Origin: an uncultured Nitrospiraceae bacterium | Lineage (GTDB): Bacteria > Nitrospirota > Thermodesulfovibrionia > Thermodesulfovibrionales > Dissulfurispiraceae | Reading direction: 5' to 3' | Assembly (NCBI GenBank): GCA_947085205.1 | Contig: CAMTVO010000016.1 | Span: 1-38,443, forward strand | DNA: 38,443 nucleotides | Shown: positions 37,820-38,443 of the stretch, one piece after another | Numbering within the stretch: position 1 is the stretch's first letter | Layout: every line of letters begins with the position of its first letter | Position numbers and translations under genes: made by a program | Notes under the pieces: generated by a model | The model's database searches: none | Seen by the model: only the letters and a program-made list of their open reading frames with translations | What the model was told of the DNA's origin: nothing

Positions 37820-38041
37820 TCAGACCCCTCAAGAGCCTCCATAGCCGATAGTCACATTGCCGCCTTCTATAATGACAGGCACTTTACGGACGCCGTTTGA
37901 ATGCTTCAGCATCTCATCCAGCTTTGCGCTGTCTGCCTTTACATCAAAGTATTTTGACTTATCGCCATAGACCGACAGGGCCTTTTCTGTGAACGGTCAA
38001 CCGGCCTTTCCATAAATTATTACTTTATCTGAACCCGACAT
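37820..38041 (-). CDS. Uxx-star type glutaredoxin-like selenoprotein with two Sec (missed by the ORF track)
   Basis: MSGSDKVIIYGKAG-U-PFTEKALSVYGDKSKYFDVKADSAKLDEMLKHSNGVRKVPVIIEGGNVTIGYGGS-U-GV-stop. RBS AGGAGG; TGA at 37997-37999 and 37829-37831; glutaredoxin cis-Pro motif KVPVI. Confidence 0.88.
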
Positions 38042-38057
38042 AAAAACACCTCCTGAA

Positions 38058-38294
38058 TCATTCTTCTCTCCATACCTCTATGGCTATCTCAGGGCACATC
38101 CTGGCGCAGATAGCGCACCCCGTGCACTTTTCAGGATGCTCAAAGTGCGCAGGGAAATAGCCCATGCTATTGAATTTTTTGTTTATGATTATAGAGCCTT
38201 TCGGGCATGCCATGATGCAATACCTGCACCCTTTGCATAATTCCCTATTGATAACAATCTTTCCTTTGATTTCCTTTTTTGCAGTCTTTGTCAT
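38058..38294 (-). CDS. 2x[4Fe-4S] ferredoxin (2-oxoacid:ferredoxin oxidoreductase delta subunit-like)
   Basis: CKGCRYCIMACP, NSMGYFP and CTGCAICARMCPEIAIEV. Confidence 0.9.
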   Translation of the reverse strand: MTKTAKKEIKGKIVINRELCKGCRYCIMACPKGSIIINKKFNSMGYFPAHFEHPEKCTGCAICARMCPEIAIEVWREE

Positions 38295-38346
38295 TTAATA
38301 CCACCTAATTTAAGATTAGCAGAAATACATTAAAAGACCAACTATG

Positions 38347-38443
38347 CTCTGGATGCCCGATTAAGCCTGTCCTCTGGATTCCCCGATTAAGCTTGCCCTC
38401 TGGATTCCCCGATTAAGCCTGTCCTCTGGATTCCCCGATTAAG
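38347..38443. repeat. 26-bp tandem repeat CTCTGGATTCCCCGATTAAGCCTGTC, about 3.7 copies, running off the window
   Basis: Units start at 38347 (25 bp), 38372, 38398 and 38424. Confidence 0.9.

Noticed and set aside
38347..38443. CRISPR array
   Set aside because: The units abut with no unique spacers, and there are no cas genes.

Overview
Anaerobe-type bacterial DNA of roughly 42% GC by eye. Gene content suggests Nitrospirota (Thermodesulfovibrionia-like), which is inference only. The left half (1-18.5 kb) is a respiratory locus. It starts with an outer-membrane beta-barrel, a PhnD-like periplasmic sensor, a histidine kinase and a sigma54 response regulator. A clear sigma54 promoter follows and drives an operon with two Tat-exported molybdo/tungsto-bisPGD enzymes, their 4Fe-4S partners and TorD chaperones, a DUF3373-type porin, a PKD protein, a monoheme cytochrome and a ttrA-like remnant. 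The ORF track hides what look like three selenoprotein genes. (1) The first Mo enzyme reads through an in-frame TGA followed by a hairpin, giving about 1435 aa with U-G-L-C at the Mo-ligand site and large repeated insert domains. (2) The secreted PKD protein has a candidate C-terminal GG-U-PTA arm with a SECIS-like hairpin, reminiscent of the SoxY carrier arm. (3) An uncalled two-Sec glutaredoxin-like 'Uxx-star' gene lies at 37820-38041. The right half holds housekeeping and other genes: PHP, TPR, M28 peptidase, ParA, a NifA-like activator, USP plus a Na/K-ATPase-like pump, tRNA-Ala(CGC), a cNMP-linked MMPL/LolA-like/porin operon, aroD, two M16 peptidases and a ferredoxin. It also holds a 27-bp inverted repeat pair, scattered 7/8-mer repeats and a 26-bp tandem repeat at the window end. 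No database searches were possible, so family calls come from motif recognition.
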